35,685 bases of DNA, from IMG/VR virus record IMGVR_UViG_3300029448_000162, positions 1-35,685 of that record, one strand, 5' to 3'. The translations under genes were made by a program, and so were the position numbers. Each line of letters opens with the position of its first letter. Position 1 is the stretch's first letter. This stretch comes from a virus. Its lineage: Duplodnaviria; Caudoviricetes. The notes below the pieces were generated by a model that saw only the letters and a program-made list of their open reading frames with translations, did not search any database and was not told the origin of the DNA. Below are positions 9,901-19,800 of this stretch, piece after piece.

Positions 9901-12900
9901 GTTGTCGTTGACTTTTACTCTGTGTCCAAATCTTTGTCCTCCATCTGCATCAGGAGATTGTATTGAAACTTGCTGTGTCCATGTGTCATAGGTTGATCCG
10001 TCAGCACCAATGTTCCAGTCGTACATATGTACTATACCTGTGTCATTGTCATAACCAGGTGCAGATACAAAAAGCAATTTTGGAGTTGTGCTTCTGCCTG
10101 ATGAGTCACTAGGTTCTGCCACAGCAGTTGACCAACCAAAGTTGGCATTTTCAAGATTACTGGATCCATCATTTGGACCTTTTATTGTTGAAAGTTCTGT
10201 ATAATTGAAAACACTAGGATCCCATATATAAGTTTTGATCAAACCAGCATCAACGAATCTTGTGCTACCGTCTGCCCCAATGGCATTGGTGTAAGGGGCA
10301 CCTGCCACTACAAAATTTTCATCTGAACTGATTGATAAACTTTCTCCAAGCCTAGAAGAAGTATCATCATTGTCAGTCATAGTGAAACTGTTTTGTATTG
10401 TAAATTGTGTACCTGCAGAATGAGTTCTTCTAAAAAAGAAGTGTACTGTACCTTGACCGGTACTTGGTGCTGACACAACCAATGTTCTGCCATCCTGTCT
10501 TCCAACTATTCTGTAGCCAAAATCTTGGTTGTTTGTTGAGTCTGGAGATTGCAAAATTTTTGTGGTATAAGGATCGTCTTTTTCATATATTTTCCAATCA
10601 CCACCAACATTGTTAACAAAAACTCTGTCACCATTTACATTGTTAGTTGAATCTTTGAATTTATAATCGCTATAACTTAAAGCATCATTGACATTGTTCA
10701 TTGACGCTATCCTTACACTGATAAATTTATAAACATCTCCATATGTGTTAAAAGTTGATTCATCTTCTAAAACACTTATTGCACTGCCCAACCTACTGGC
10801 ATTTAAAAAATTAACTAGAACTTGTTTACTAGTAGGCACTTCTTGGACTTCATATACTCCATTAAAGTCAGGAAACTGTGAATTCCTAATTCCAATATAA
10901 TCACCTTTTATAAAATTATGACTTAGGTTAGTCTGTATTAATACTTGAGTGTCATTGTTAAATGATTGAATAGATTTAACAGTGTTGTTTGCTGAAGTCA
11001 CTCTCTGTACGTCCCAATCAGCATTGGCCTTTTTAGCGATCCAAACAAGGTCATTGTTGCTTATGTTATTCATGTCTAGATTTGTTAGTTGTGTAATATC
11101 AAAAGCAGTGTGTTGAACGTCTTGTAATCTTGGCCATCCTGCATGTTTTATCAACACAGGAGTGTCTCGGTCAAAACCTTCCTGAGTGTAATCATATTGT
11201 GCAAAAGTTGTTGATGCTGTGTACTCTAAAGGTTTTGAATACAGTTGTTCTGCTGTGGCTGTGGCTGATCTTGTGTATGCTTGTGTTTGACCACTGTCCA
11301 ACAGTTCAATTGACTGAACATTATTTGTAAATGTGCTGTCTGGCATTTTGATTTGTACAGATTTTAAGCCATCACAATTTCCAAACTCACCAACTCGTAC
11401 TGCCCATTCAGGGTAGGTATCTATTGTTAAACTTTCGTCATTGAACTGTGCTTTTAACAACCTATCAATGGCTGTTTTAGTTCCTTTATCTCTGATAAAA
11501 CCTTGATAGAATTTGTACTGTGAAATGTCATTTACGAAAAGATTTTCCAGATAAGATCTACTTTGGTACCCGATTAAGTGTTGAGCAAGACTTTGCTGTG
11601 ATTCATCAAAGTTATTGGATTCTAAATTGTAAAAATCATTAAATTGACTTATCTTATAATCAAAATTTGGTATTAAGGACGGCTTAGGTTTGCTGTCTTT
11701 TTTCTTCCATTGTGCAAAATCAAAAGTTGAACCACTGTTGTGATTCTTTTTTGCTACAAAAAACTTGGCATCGTATTCTACTGAGTCACCAATTTCGTAG
11801 TTGGTATTTGCTGACCAAAGTGAAACTTTGGCCTCGTCAAAAATAAATCCAGGTGAATAATAATCGCCATTCCAATTGCCTGTTTTCCAGCCAACTAATT
11901 TCAGTCTTTGTTGTCGGAATCCTGTGGCTAATTCTAATATTACATCATTAAAAACGGTGGTGTTGTCAAACAACAATACATGTTCTTTCTGTACAGAATT
12001 CATTGTGGCATTAAATATTCCAACCTCACTGTTTTTGATTTCTATGTTGAAAGTTGTACCAATTCTTTTGGTTGAAATATCTTTTCTAGAAATTATTCTT
12101 CCGCCAGCATCTAGCACAGTGTAGTCACCACGCATGTTGGCCAGTCTGCTGATAATACTGTTATTTGTTGTTAAATTAAAACCATCTGCGCCAGCACTTA
12201 GAGTGATTGCTGATCCAGCGGCCCATCCCTGTGTTGTCCAATATAAAAATTCTTTAGCAGATGTTTCCCAATTTAGTGTTTCTTTAATTTGATTTGAAAA
12301 ATTATCAAAACTAAATCCTTGTGATTCTAAATATTTTCCATATCCCACTAAAAAATCCACAACTTTTTGAACAGAATCAAAAACTGTTCCGTAAGTTACA
12401 GTTTTAACATTTTCAGTCCAGTTGTTGTATATCAAAGCAGAAGCATTGCCAACTGTTATTTTTGTTGCATTGCCATTTCGCATTGGCTCTAAAACTTTAA
12501 AATAAGGCCTTAAAGAGTTGTAACCTATTACTTTATATCCACCTTGAAGTGTTGATCCGTCTGTGGTTGTATTTGTGTTGAGTTCAACTAACACACCTGA
12601 ATAATCAAAACTGTTTACAGGATTTGATGTTCTAAATAATATTTTGTAGTTTTCATCCGGTACAAATTGTGAGCCTGCTGATGATGCAGGACTTGTTGAA
12701 TCTGTTAAAACTTTTAAATTTGCCTTATCACTAAAACCTCCAAGTTTATATGCTAACTGTACATTTAAGTTTTTTAATTTATCGTAGTAGAAAGTTGCAG
12801 GATCTAAATCATTTTTAATAAGATAGTTTACTATCCACGGCTGATAGCCTGCTGTAAGATATCTTGTTACGACACCTGTATCAGAATTTGTCACAGTTTC

Positions 12901-15900
12901 TAAATGATATTTTGCACTAGATAATTTTTGTCTTACTTCTGTGTCAGCATCAATTAAATTATTGGACACATTGGTTGTCAGTCTTGAATTATCAAAAAAT
13001 AGTCCAAAAAATTTGGCAGGTTTGGTTAAAGCCAACATTTTTACTGCTGAAAAAGGATAAGAGGACGATCTTCTCCAGGCAGTTTCTGAAGGTGATTGAT
13101 CTCCAAAACTCCAGACTCTGTTCATGGTTCTCGTGGTGTTTCCTGTCACTAGTCCAATTGCAATTGGAGTTTTTAGGTTGCCTGAATCATCAACTGGTAG
13201 ATAGTTTTTTAAACCGGATCTAATATATCTTGTGTTTGTTGAATTTATAGTTCTGTCATACCCGGCCGCTAGATCATCCCATAACACCGAGTTACCTGCT
13301 GTGTAAGGTGCAGGACCGTAGTTGTCTTCCCACGTGGTTGGTTTTTCTGAGTAACCTAACATTTCCCATGGATGTGTGTGGGGCCTGTCAGTGTCATAAA
13401 ATAATTTAAATATGCCTCTCCAGTATCCCGGCAAAAGATTTCCGTTCACTGCATCACGTGTGAGGTTGTAATTCCATGTAAATGCATCTGAAGCATTGTA
13501 GGTTGTGTTGTTTTGCCAGTCAACTCCGTTCTTACCTGCCCATGCATAAAAATCCAATGAAAATACAGAATCAACTTCTTGAATTGTGTAGTCTGTGGTT
13601 GCAAAACCAGAAGGAATAACATCTGCAGTTTTTAACAGAGAAGAATCGTATGGAGTTTTACAGTTATTGTAAATTCTTTTTTCTAATTCTAACAGCAAGT
13701 CATCTCGATAGTCACCATATGCAATAGTTCTTGATCCGTCATGACCAACTATTACTGTTTTGCTTGTTCTGTATGTGTTGTCTGTAACAGATTCAGGTTT
13801 GAACTTTGGATATAGGCCTAATTTTGTAGGAGTTGGCGGAATAAAACTTCCGGTTGTGTCGCCATAATCTTTTATTTTTATGATATCACCTTCAGCAAGT
13901 GCTGTTTTAATGTTTATGCTATCATCAGTTGTACTAAAAGTATAGTCTGTGTCTACTAAAAGTTGAGTGTCATTCAAATAAACATACACTGCCCTACTGC
14001 TGACAGTGGTCATTGAATGTTGAGAATCAATTGCATAATCCACTTCCGAAGAATCCTGCACAGTATATGTTCTAGTTGATACATTTGCACCAGTACCAAT
14101 CATGTCTTCATAATAAAAAGCAAAACTAGATGTTTTGTCTTTGGTTATTGTTTCTATTAATTGATCAACATAATCTGCCACATTGCCTTCAAAACTTTTT
14201 CCTGTGCTTATAGATAAAAAGTTTTCTTTAAATTTTTGATATTCTAAATTTGCGTAGTCTATTGATTTAATTGCATTGGCATTTTGATCTATTAAATTAA
14301 AAATACCTGCAGGTAGTGGAGCCGAATGTTGTAAAATTGTTCCGCCTTTTGTTCTTACATCAGGTAAATCACGTAAATTTGTCGCACCAGGAATCTTACC
14401 TGTTAAATCTGTATTTTTTTCGTGTATGTCATGCACATGATTTAAAACTTCTCCAAAAGTAAATTCGTCTTCTTGTGCATTCAAAGGATTAATTGATAAA
14501 TTTTCTGGAACTTCATATAGACCAGTGCCATCAACTTTGGTTGCTGACGAATATGTTTGAATTTTTACGAGGTCGCCAACTTTAAGTTCATCAACAAAAC
14601 TAACATATTTGTTAGTTGTGCCATTTTGTAAAGTGTAATCAGTTGTAAGGTCCTGTCTCACATGATTGACATCAACACTAACTTCTAGATCTGAAAGAGA
14701 CGCACTATTTTTATATACGTCTATAGGAAATAAAGTTTTTTCATCTGCTGTAACAACAAAAGTTCTAATAACCCTTTGTTTGCTTTCAGTAGTTCTTTGT
14801 ACCCATGAACTTCTTGAATTGTGTGTTGTTCTACTTGTTGTATAATGCAAGTGTCCTGACGCATATTGTTTGCTTAAAAAATCGTCTCCGCTTTTGTATG
14901 TAAATGTGCCTGATGACAAATCACTTTCAAAAACAATATCACCAACATTGTTTATTGTCTTGTATTTGACTTTAATACCTAAAACGGTATCCGTCACTGC
15001 TGTAGTTGAAGTTTTAAAAGCAAAAACTTTTGCACCTGTAAATGAACTGTTTGGATACACTGTGGTGTTAGCAAAACTGTTATGAGAATTGTCAAACATA
15101 TCAAACAATGGTTGTTGGTTTACTTCTGTTTTTGTTTGTCCAGTTTGCCATGTTTTTGTATCTTCTTCGTAAAAATAAGTTTTACCTTGATTACTTGTGC
15201 CTAGTTCTACAAAAACATTCTCACCGTCTGCTGGGTCTGTGTCTGTTGTTGGTGTCAAAGCAATAACTTTAGCCGCTGTGCTGTCTCCCACATCAACAAA
15301 ATTTACAGTAAAGATTTTATTTTTTACTAAACTGTCTGTGTCTGCTGTAAACAATACTCGCATGCCATTTTGTAAAGATATTCCATCAATAATATAGCCT
15401 GTTTGATTTACAATATTACTAAAAGCATCAGTTGTCACTGTGTCAACTAGTGCCACTGACGTTTTGGCCTGAACTCCGTGATTGTATAAAGCCAGTCCTG
15501 AATCAAATTCAATGATAGGTCTTTTGGCTCTGTCATCTTCTAAAAGATCAGCAGTATAACCATTAGCGGTTGCTGTGGCTTCAATTACAGATTTATGAAA
15601 CCACCTATTATATCTCGACCAAGCATTTTGGTCTAATGAATCTCTTTTAATTGTGATATAATCTTTTGTTTCAGGTCTGTAAAAAGCAATTGCGTAAGGA
15701 CGTGCATCATAGGCAACATCATCATAAGTTTCTGATGTTTCAGTAGAATAACTTTCCGGAGTAATGAGGTCAGATGTGCTTGTGAATGTAATGGCTTCTC
15801 CAACACCTTCCACATAAAATTCTTTGGCTGAGTACGTGGCTGTATCTGTTACATTAGAACCAAACTTAATTTTCATTCCATTTGATAGACCCACTCCTGA

Positions 15901-16836
15901 CGATGTGGTGTAATTTTTTGCACCAAGAATATCTTCAGAGACATTTATATTTGTTGAACTGTCAACTGTTTGCACATTGATAACTCCATGCATGGCAGAA
16001 TGATTTCCGCCTTGATAATAAAGCACATCTGGAGCGTTTGTTGGCACAATAAACTCAACTGTGCCACTGTCTGTGCCTGCATTTGTAACTCCTGATGTAT
16101 ACAAAACAGAAGTAGAACCGTCTACTGCTACTCCTGTCTTGAATGGTTCTGTCATTATGTAAAAAGGATGACCCGCGGCATTAACTATAAATTTGTAAGT
16201 GTTACCTCTGTAAAGTGTTAGCGTTGGATTGTCAACTCCTGACCTAGTGCTGAAATTGTATGCATCTGCCGCGTTGTTTACCACATCTATTTCTGTGACA
16301 GTACCTGTGCCAACGGCACTTATTGTGATGGGATTTGGACCATCTGGTAACCAATAGTACTCTCTGTAATTTACTAGTTTGTCAAAATCTATAGCAGGAT
16401 TCCATGCATAAACTTTTTCCTTGTTTAATCTATCATGATTATCTACTAGTCCACCAAAATATTTTATTTGATTTATGTAATCGTCGTATGTGCCTGTAAA
16501 CTTAACTTGATCTTCGGGATTTACACTAGATGTGTCTCTGTCTGTGTATGTGACAGCAGGTTCTAATTGATAGTTTTTTCTATCTGTGCTTGTGGCAGTA
16601 AGATATTGATCTTTGTTTGTGTTTCTTGTGTAGGCATATTCATGCCCGATAAAACCATCTAGCCTTTCTAAGGCTCCAGGTTGGATCAATTGGTCAACTG
16701 TGCTTGATAAAAATCTTTCGTTGCTGTCTGTTCTATAAAAACTAGGTAGATGTGCTATAGATCTTCGTATAACAACACCATTTTTGTCTTTGTAGGTTAC
16801 ATTATTTGTTTGTGAATTAACTGGTTTATCTGCCAT
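3940..16836 (-). CDS. Giant multidomain baseplate wedge/adhesin protein (4298 aa; gp7-like position)
   Basis: Uninterrupted ORF directly downstream of the gp6-like gene. Contains a cupredoxin-like module, FG-GAP-like beta-propeller repeats, 'GGSGY..APTV' repeats, a 'YIKEVKPFHTKLRE' wedge-like motif and C-terminal 'GDGST..F' beta-sandwich repeats. Confidence 0.7.
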   Translation of the reverse strand: MADKPVNSQTNNVTYKDKNGVVIRRSIAHLPSFYRTDSNERFLSSTVDQLIQPGALERLDGFIGHEYAYTRNTNKDQYLTATSTDRKNYQLEPAVTYTDRDTSSVNPEDQVKFTGTYDDYINQIKYFGGLVDNHDRLNKEKVYAWNPAIDFDKLVNYREYYWLPDGPNPITISAVGTGTVTEIDVVNNAADAYNFSTRSGVDNPTLTLYRGNTYKFIVNAAGHPFYIMTEPFKTGVAVDGSTSVLYTSGVTNAGTDSGTVEFIVPTNAPDVLYYQGGNHSAMHGVINVQTVDSSTNINVSEDILGAKNYTTSSGVGLSNGMKIKFGSNVTDTATYSAKEFYVEGVGEAITFTSTSDLITPESYSTETSETYDDVAYDARPYAIAFYRPETKDYITIKRDSLDQNAWSRYNRWFHKSVIEATATANGYTADLLEDDRAKRPIIEFDSGLALYNHGVQAKTSVALVDTVTTDAFSNIVNQTGYIIDGISLQNGMRVLFTADTDSLVKNKIFTVNFVDVGDSTAAKVIALTPTTDTDPADGENVFVELGTSNQGKTYFYEEDTKTWQTGQTKTEVNQQPLFDMFDNSHNSFANTTVYPNSSFTGAKVFAFKTSTTAVTDTVLGIKVKYKTINNVGDIVFESDLSSGTFTYKSGDDFLSKQYASGHLHYTTSRTTHNSRSSWVQRTTESKQRVIRTFVVTADEKTLFPIDVYKNSASLSDLEVSVDVNHVRQDLTTDYTLQNGTTNKYVSFVDELKVGDLVKIQTYSSATKVDGTGLYEVPENLSINPLNAQEDEFTFGEVLNHVHDIHEKNTDLTGKIPGATNLRDLPDVRTKGGTILQHSAPLPAGIFNLIDQNANAIKSIDYANLEYQKFKENFLSISTGKSFEGNVADYVDQLIETITKDKTSSFAFYYEDMIGTGANVSTRTYTVQDSSEVDYAIDSQHSMTTVSSRAVYVYLNDTQLLVDTDYTFSTTDDSINIKTALAEGDIIKIKDYGDTTGSFIPPTPTKLGLYPKFKPESVTDNTYRTSKTVIVGHDGSRTIAYGDYRDDLLLELEKRIYNNCKTPYDSSLLKTADVIPSGFATTDYTIQEVDSVFSLDFYAWAGKNGVDWQNNTTYNASDAFTWNYNLTRDAVNGNLLPGYWRGIFKLFYDTDRPHTHPWEMLGYSEKPTTWEDNYGPAPYTAGNSVLWDDLAAGYDRTINSTNTRYIRSGLKNYLPVDDSGNLKTPIAIGLVTGNTTRTMNRVWSFGDQSPSETAWRRSSSYPFSAVKMLALTKPAKFFGLFFDNSRLTTNVSNNLIDADTEVRQKLSSAKYHLETVTNSDTGVVTRYLTAGYQPWIVNYLIKNDLDPATFYYDKLKNLNVQLAYKLGGFSDKANLKVLTDSTSPASSAGSQFVPDENYKILFRTSNPVNSFDYSGVLVELNTNTTTDGSTLQGGYKVIGYNSLRPYFKVLEPMRNGNATKITVGNASALIYNNWTENVKTVTYGTVFDSVQKVVDFLVGYGKYLESQGFSFDNFSNQIKETLNWETSAKEFLYWTTQGWAAGSAITLSAGADGFNLTTNNSIISRLANMRGDYTVLDAGGRIISRKDISTKRIGTTFNIEIKNSEVGIFNATMNSVQKEHVLLFDNTTVFNDVILELATGFRQQRLKLVGWKTGNWNGDYYSPGFIFDEAKVSLWSANTNYEIGDSVEYDAKFFVAKKNHNSGSTFDFAQWKKKDSKPKPSLIPNFDYKISQFNDFYNLESNNFDESQQSLAQHLIGYQSRSYLENLFVNDISQYKFYQGFIRDKGTKTAIDRLLKAQFNDESLTIDTYPEWAVRVGEFGNCDGLKSVQIKMPDSTFTNNVQSIELLDSGQTQAYTRSATATAEQLYSKPLEYTASTTFAQYDYTQEGFDRDTPVLIKHAGWPRLQDVQHTAFDITQLTNLDMNNISNNDLVWIAKKANADWDVQRVTSANNTVKSIQSFNNDTQVLIQTNLSHNFIKGDYIGIRNSQFPDFNGVYEVQEVPTSKQVLVNFLNASRLGSAISVLEDESTFNTYGDVYKFISVRIASMNNVNDALSYSDYKFKDSTNNVNGDRVFVNNVGGDWKIYEKDDPYTTKILQSPDSTNNQDFGYRIVGRQDGRTLVVSAPSTGQGTVHFFFRRTHSAGTQFTIQNSFTMTDNDDTSSRLGESLSISSDENFVVAGAPYTNAIGADGSTRFVDAGLIKTYIWDPSVFNYTELSTIKGPNDGSSNLENANFGWSTAVAEPSDSSGRSTTPKLLFVSAPGYDNDTGIVHMYDWNIGADGSTYDTWTQQVSIQSPDADGGQRFGHRVKVNDNGDILAVSSIAPGSAGKIEIFTRSSLTNDDSTQYVWTHRQTLQGATSDGSTLNTSFGDDLAMSKDGTRLFVSAPGYDKTNQADAGAVYYYLFNADGSTNTYTLQQTVEAPDLQTNMRFGTAIECNQSGTRLSIGAEKKNNSREMKFDAGATTFDLQDTTITDENIGSGGAYTATMYDTQFVIDQKLVTTNVSANDDFGRGMFISDRGVYVGAPEDDSSSGVSNDGTVTKFELNTIGSFAWNELVTEDALIDNRKIKSAFIFNSANNQVIDYLDYYDPIKGRILGVADRELNFKSEWDPAVYSVGQGAVTVDENVAWGQEHIGQVWWDLSSARWTWYEQGTQEFKNKHWGDLFPGSTIDVYEWVESTQLPADWSNLADTTQGISQSISGQPKYADNTVYTVKQRYDSASNSFVNYYYYWVKNSVFLPDAGKSVVTRKNTTAYISNIIANPYGSGLKYFTVSDKNKILTFNVKDSLFNSNVVLNVDYSDNVEDAEDHKVWKLFSEGDPDDRPTTRLENKWWDSLIGADSSGNQVPDIELPVNRRYGTDLRPRQSWYVNRFDALKEIVDYANSVMLKKQLANTISYTNLDKQEPLPTAASGLYDGTVDTYAELTYIDTRDLSGTVNYLVKADEENSNGFWAIYQWDGTVWSRTRLQTYKTSAYYELADWYETGSSMDHSSNTMIDAQITFEYELDTLDLAIGKHVKVTKADTGGWKLFMKTSTGYTNVGTENGTIQLKKTLYDYTIDNTGYAGDDTFDDNFFDQEPTIETRNVLTALRDDIFIGDLKVEYNNIFFIGLRKVLEEQTYVDWLFKTSFLNIRNNFRELTQRKTYTVGADSYVEEYIKEVKPFHTKLREYKVGYNKTETQDGLFTDFDNPAFYDSSISAIRNLDKDGVADATRLTEYPYKIWNDSYKKSVKTITLTKGGSGYSSAPTVLFIGGAVENTGPFQILGRSNSGSTSGDYGYYYPLFTSEQNANIYDQQQGGSGRAFIVTFDEHAGKTFYMPASTTNEAVSTRTFDFKLYQEPDVTHATATAVVRDGSVTKINLLTAGSGYTATPKILLTGGAADGSTPTDTATAYANLGNDLVRDLDITLKFDRVDQNATVFEWAKNTAYSYGALIRYNNELYRATKTFASSTKFDENIGDLQKLKGDEVFLTAAGRTLGMYTPEAGMAGNDLTQLMEGIDYGGVMVTGLAFNEDQGWDRSPWYNTPWDNFGSSKVKTFYGDGSTVLYTFDTAPLATEVYTVYYDGVRQTADVFRGDGTTTAFTLSTAPANGVKVELILFDDDKVLTPTDDRTLDSLISGGLFSSAVGISPGDIIQDGDAFITPETSFAPEETVPGQIFDTLDIKVYTSPESGVPFIVDKTYRGDSNTTTFDIGQQPGTQAGVMVTVNGVRQNNLASDSTVNYTVDTAAKTVTFSNAPASGSVISIKSFAVSGNNYVLLNSFTGDGSTRSFTTGARDTYTLDSALPQLYVTVDGQVSTDFTTSEQNKAVTITFNTAPGAGQAIQVAGFNQDPSTRAFAEIRSENINFDGATTTYSLDYPPGAIGPFAGLTLLEVNGNLLRGPDNTYYSSDGSTYTFAVLSTLSDGSTVDPAKTITSAAQVEVYKNGVKQLLNTDYTVNIAGQKVDFITVPEASDVVAITTLVDNHYKMIANEVILDLTQIAADGITLSSGDNITATTFNNALGMKQRREVLEGRPNGELFLNAEPLNSDYVFVTVNSTNTLTQGADFTLNGNKLTIHGITLTSSDRIDVMYFAVESATNATGFRIFKDMLNRTFYKRISSTNTVTLSVALEPGDQSMIVSDGTVLTTPNAGNNQPGVVFVDKERIEYFVKVGNTLSQLRRGTLGTGIKAHSSGASVVDAGGHQTVPYADTIATKTYTGDGSTVSFATTYAPTRGEDLDIFIGGQRLSFKHELDDSTLTRGYSVDGSTPNVTLTTAPASGTQIKIVQKRGNTWYTAGSSTAADGKGLQKSTTSQAKFIAGEPTNAPE
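4050..6250 (-). repeat. Tandem 'GDG(S/T)T..F' beta-sandwich protein repeats
   Basis: TFYGDGSTVLYTF, VFRGDGTTTAFTL, TYRGDSNTTTFDI, SFTGDGSTRSFTT, NFDGATTTYSL, YYSSDGSTYTF and TYTGDGSTVSFAT, many followed by 'F..AP..G..I'. Boundaries approximate. Confidence 0.7.
9210..10550 (-). repeat. FG-GAP-like beta-propeller repeats (about 7 blades)
   Basis: QDFGYRI..VVSAP, RLGESL..VAGAP, NFGWST..FVSAP, RFGHRV..AVSS, SFGDDL..FVSAP, RFGTAI..SIGA, DFGRGM..YVGAP. Boundaries approximate. Confidence 0.75.
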
Positions 16837-16838
16837 CG

Positions 16839-19800
16839 CTAGTATCCTGACCCGCTACTGCCTGAACTGGATGATGAACTTCCACTTCCTGCACTACTAG
16901 AGGTCACCGAAGATACTGCTGATGTTGATCTTGTGCTTGATGTTGTGTCTGTGGTTGATGTAACAACTGTGCCAGAAGCCGCCAATTGATTGGCACTGAT
17001 AGCATCAATTATAGAAACATCATCAACGGTGGCCCCACTGATAAAAATTTCGTCGTCTGCTCCAGACACTTGGAATAATGATCCAAAACTTTGTCCAGAT
17101 TGATTTGGCACAATCACAACAGAAAGCAAATCAGGTGCTAATTGTTGATGAACATATGCCGCTAATTCTGTAAAATAAAATGTGTCGCCAAAATCAAAAT
17201 TATCCAAGGCAAAAAATTCGTTAATTGCTTGTATGACTCTTGTTTGAATAACAGCATTGGTTACATTTGTGGCTGTGTTTTTTACAACTTTGAATGTTGC
17301 TTGAAATTCGCTGTCTGCTTTTGAACCAAACAATATTTTATATTTTACAGGGTGATAAACTATTTGATCTGATAGACCTTTTAATGGATTTAAAAATCCT
17401 GAATAACTTATTCGTAATTGATCCGATGTTGATGCAGAAGGTTTGGTTCCACCATCTTTTAACCAGGTTCTAAATCTTGAATCATAACTTCTTTCCAACA
17501 TGTAAATGTCTACAATATTGCTAACACTTGGATCAATTCTGGTGTCTTGTCCTGCATGATGTTTGTATTGGAAATTAATATTGGATCTACCTCTTCTGGC
17601 TCTGTAATCTGTAGTAGTGCTTAATGTGATTGTGCTTGAATCATACTTTTTAATAACATTTTCTGCACTGTCATAAAAGTAGAACAGTTGTCCGTCAGCG
17701 TATGAACCAGGTAGTGTAATATCTGTCTCGTTTTGTGTAACAACAAAGTTTGTGCTGGCGTAAGGTCTAAATCTTTCAATGTTGTTGTAACTTAAATATT
17801 TTTCAAAAAATACAAATTTTGTTGCTGGAGAAGTTTCTGGATCAACAATAATATCAAATATTTCAGGATTATCAACTACACCATCGTCGTCGCCATCAAA
17901 AAATCCAACCTGCACTTTTCTATTGTCTTGGTAACCATCTGATTCCTCCACTGTGTCAACAATCTGCCAATTAATTGGATAACCAATACCTAACCCTGTG
18001 CTAGGTACGGTGTTGTTTTTTAGCACCTTGATTCTGTCTTTTACACTAGTGCCAGTGGTATAGTCATAGACTTTTTCAGTTTTGTCATAATGAAATTTGT
18101 TTTGCCCTTCGGACTCAAAAAGATATGCTAAAGACCTATAAGTGACTGTGTAAGTGTTTCCGTCATTTGTAAATTTAAAAAACCAACTTTGATCTAAATT
18201 GGTTGCAGTTGTGTCCCCTGCATTAGTAATTGAAAACACGGAAGAAGCACTTAAATTTGCTGAAGTGATCACTGACCATTCGCCTGTTTCTTCATTGAAT
18301 CTTAATCCAAATTCTTCATAGGCATTGATTCTGTCAATTAGATCATCTTTCAATGCTGTTGTAAAAGTTGTGGTAAACACTGGAAACACAGCGTTTAAAA
18401 CTGCGTTTGCTGGTATAATGTCGTTAAGTGTTATTGGTCCTAGTCCTGATTCTAGATTACCTTCTCCGCTGTTTGACCCATCGCCTACAACAGCAGAAAT
18501 TTTTACCCAGGCTCTGTCTTGTGCATTGTCTGTGCCGGCAGTTACTAATTTGCCATTTAAAAATTCTCTAGTGTCAGGAGATGTAAATTTAACTAGTGAT
18601 CCAACTTTGGCATATTTTAAATTTGACGTTGAAAATCCGCCAACTGCTAAAGGACCACCTGCATTAAAATAACCAGTGTTAGTGTTTGTGCCTGTAGTAG
18701 TTGATACCCAAGACGCACTTAATGAACTTAAATCTTTTGTGCCATATTTTAAATAAAAAAACTGTCTTGCTGTGGCTTCTTTTAATTTACTTTCAACTGA
18801 ATTGTTAATCGTGCTTAATATTTCATTGTTGTTGTTGAAAGTAAATGTGAATGCTGGTTCTGTTTCTTCTCTGTACAACACTCCATCCTCTGCAAACACA
18901 GACACATTTGAATATGCTCCTGTTGGATCAATGATTTCTTTGGCTCTGCTGATTCCAGAAGCAGTTCTATTGACTGATCTAACTTTGATAATTTCCTGTG
19001 ATGCTGACAATGGCACCACATTGTAATCTTCTGCAGTGATCATTCTGTTTTGTGAATAATATGCTTGAGGTGCTTTTTGTTTAATTGAATCTGATGATTC
19101 TGTTGCCGCGGCATTGTATATTGACTGTTGTAATGACGCTGACACTGTCAAGGTCTGTGGAGCACCATTTTTGTCTGTGTAACCCAACGCAAAAGTAATA
19201 CCGGTCATGTCTGCTGGTTGCACAGAATAAGTTGCATTATCTGACTGTCTGTAATAGGCTCTGAATGCTCCTGAAGGAATATTAGAAAAATTGCCATCAC
19301 CAAACACTAGATCAATAGCATCGTTGTTTTTGGTTACAACATTGTAGATATTTCTTCTGTCAGTGCCCAAGGAATTGTAAATGGCATTGTTGCCCACAGT
19401 TGTTGGAACTTTGTCCCAAAGATTTTCAATCTGTCCAAAGTCATCTAATTCATATAACCAAACATCTGAATTGTTAATGTTGTTGACATTCAGTGCTTGT
19501 ACAAAGTTAGTGCTTGGGTTGGCTATATTAAATTCTGAATTTGACATTGAACCTTGTTTGAACAAAGCAAAAAATCCGGTGTTGTTTGATGTATCGCCTG
19601 CGCCGTCTGTTCTGTATACATAACTGAATCCTCCACCTGGTAGCGGAGTTCTTTCATAAATGCTTTCAGAATCTTGTATTGTGGCCGGCACAATTTCAAA
19701 TGTTCTGTCTACACCGCTTACTGTTCTCCTAAATGTGAAAATAGGTAAGTCTGTGTTGTTGGAACTGCTGTTGTAAATCTCTGTTTGTATTCCGCCAATG

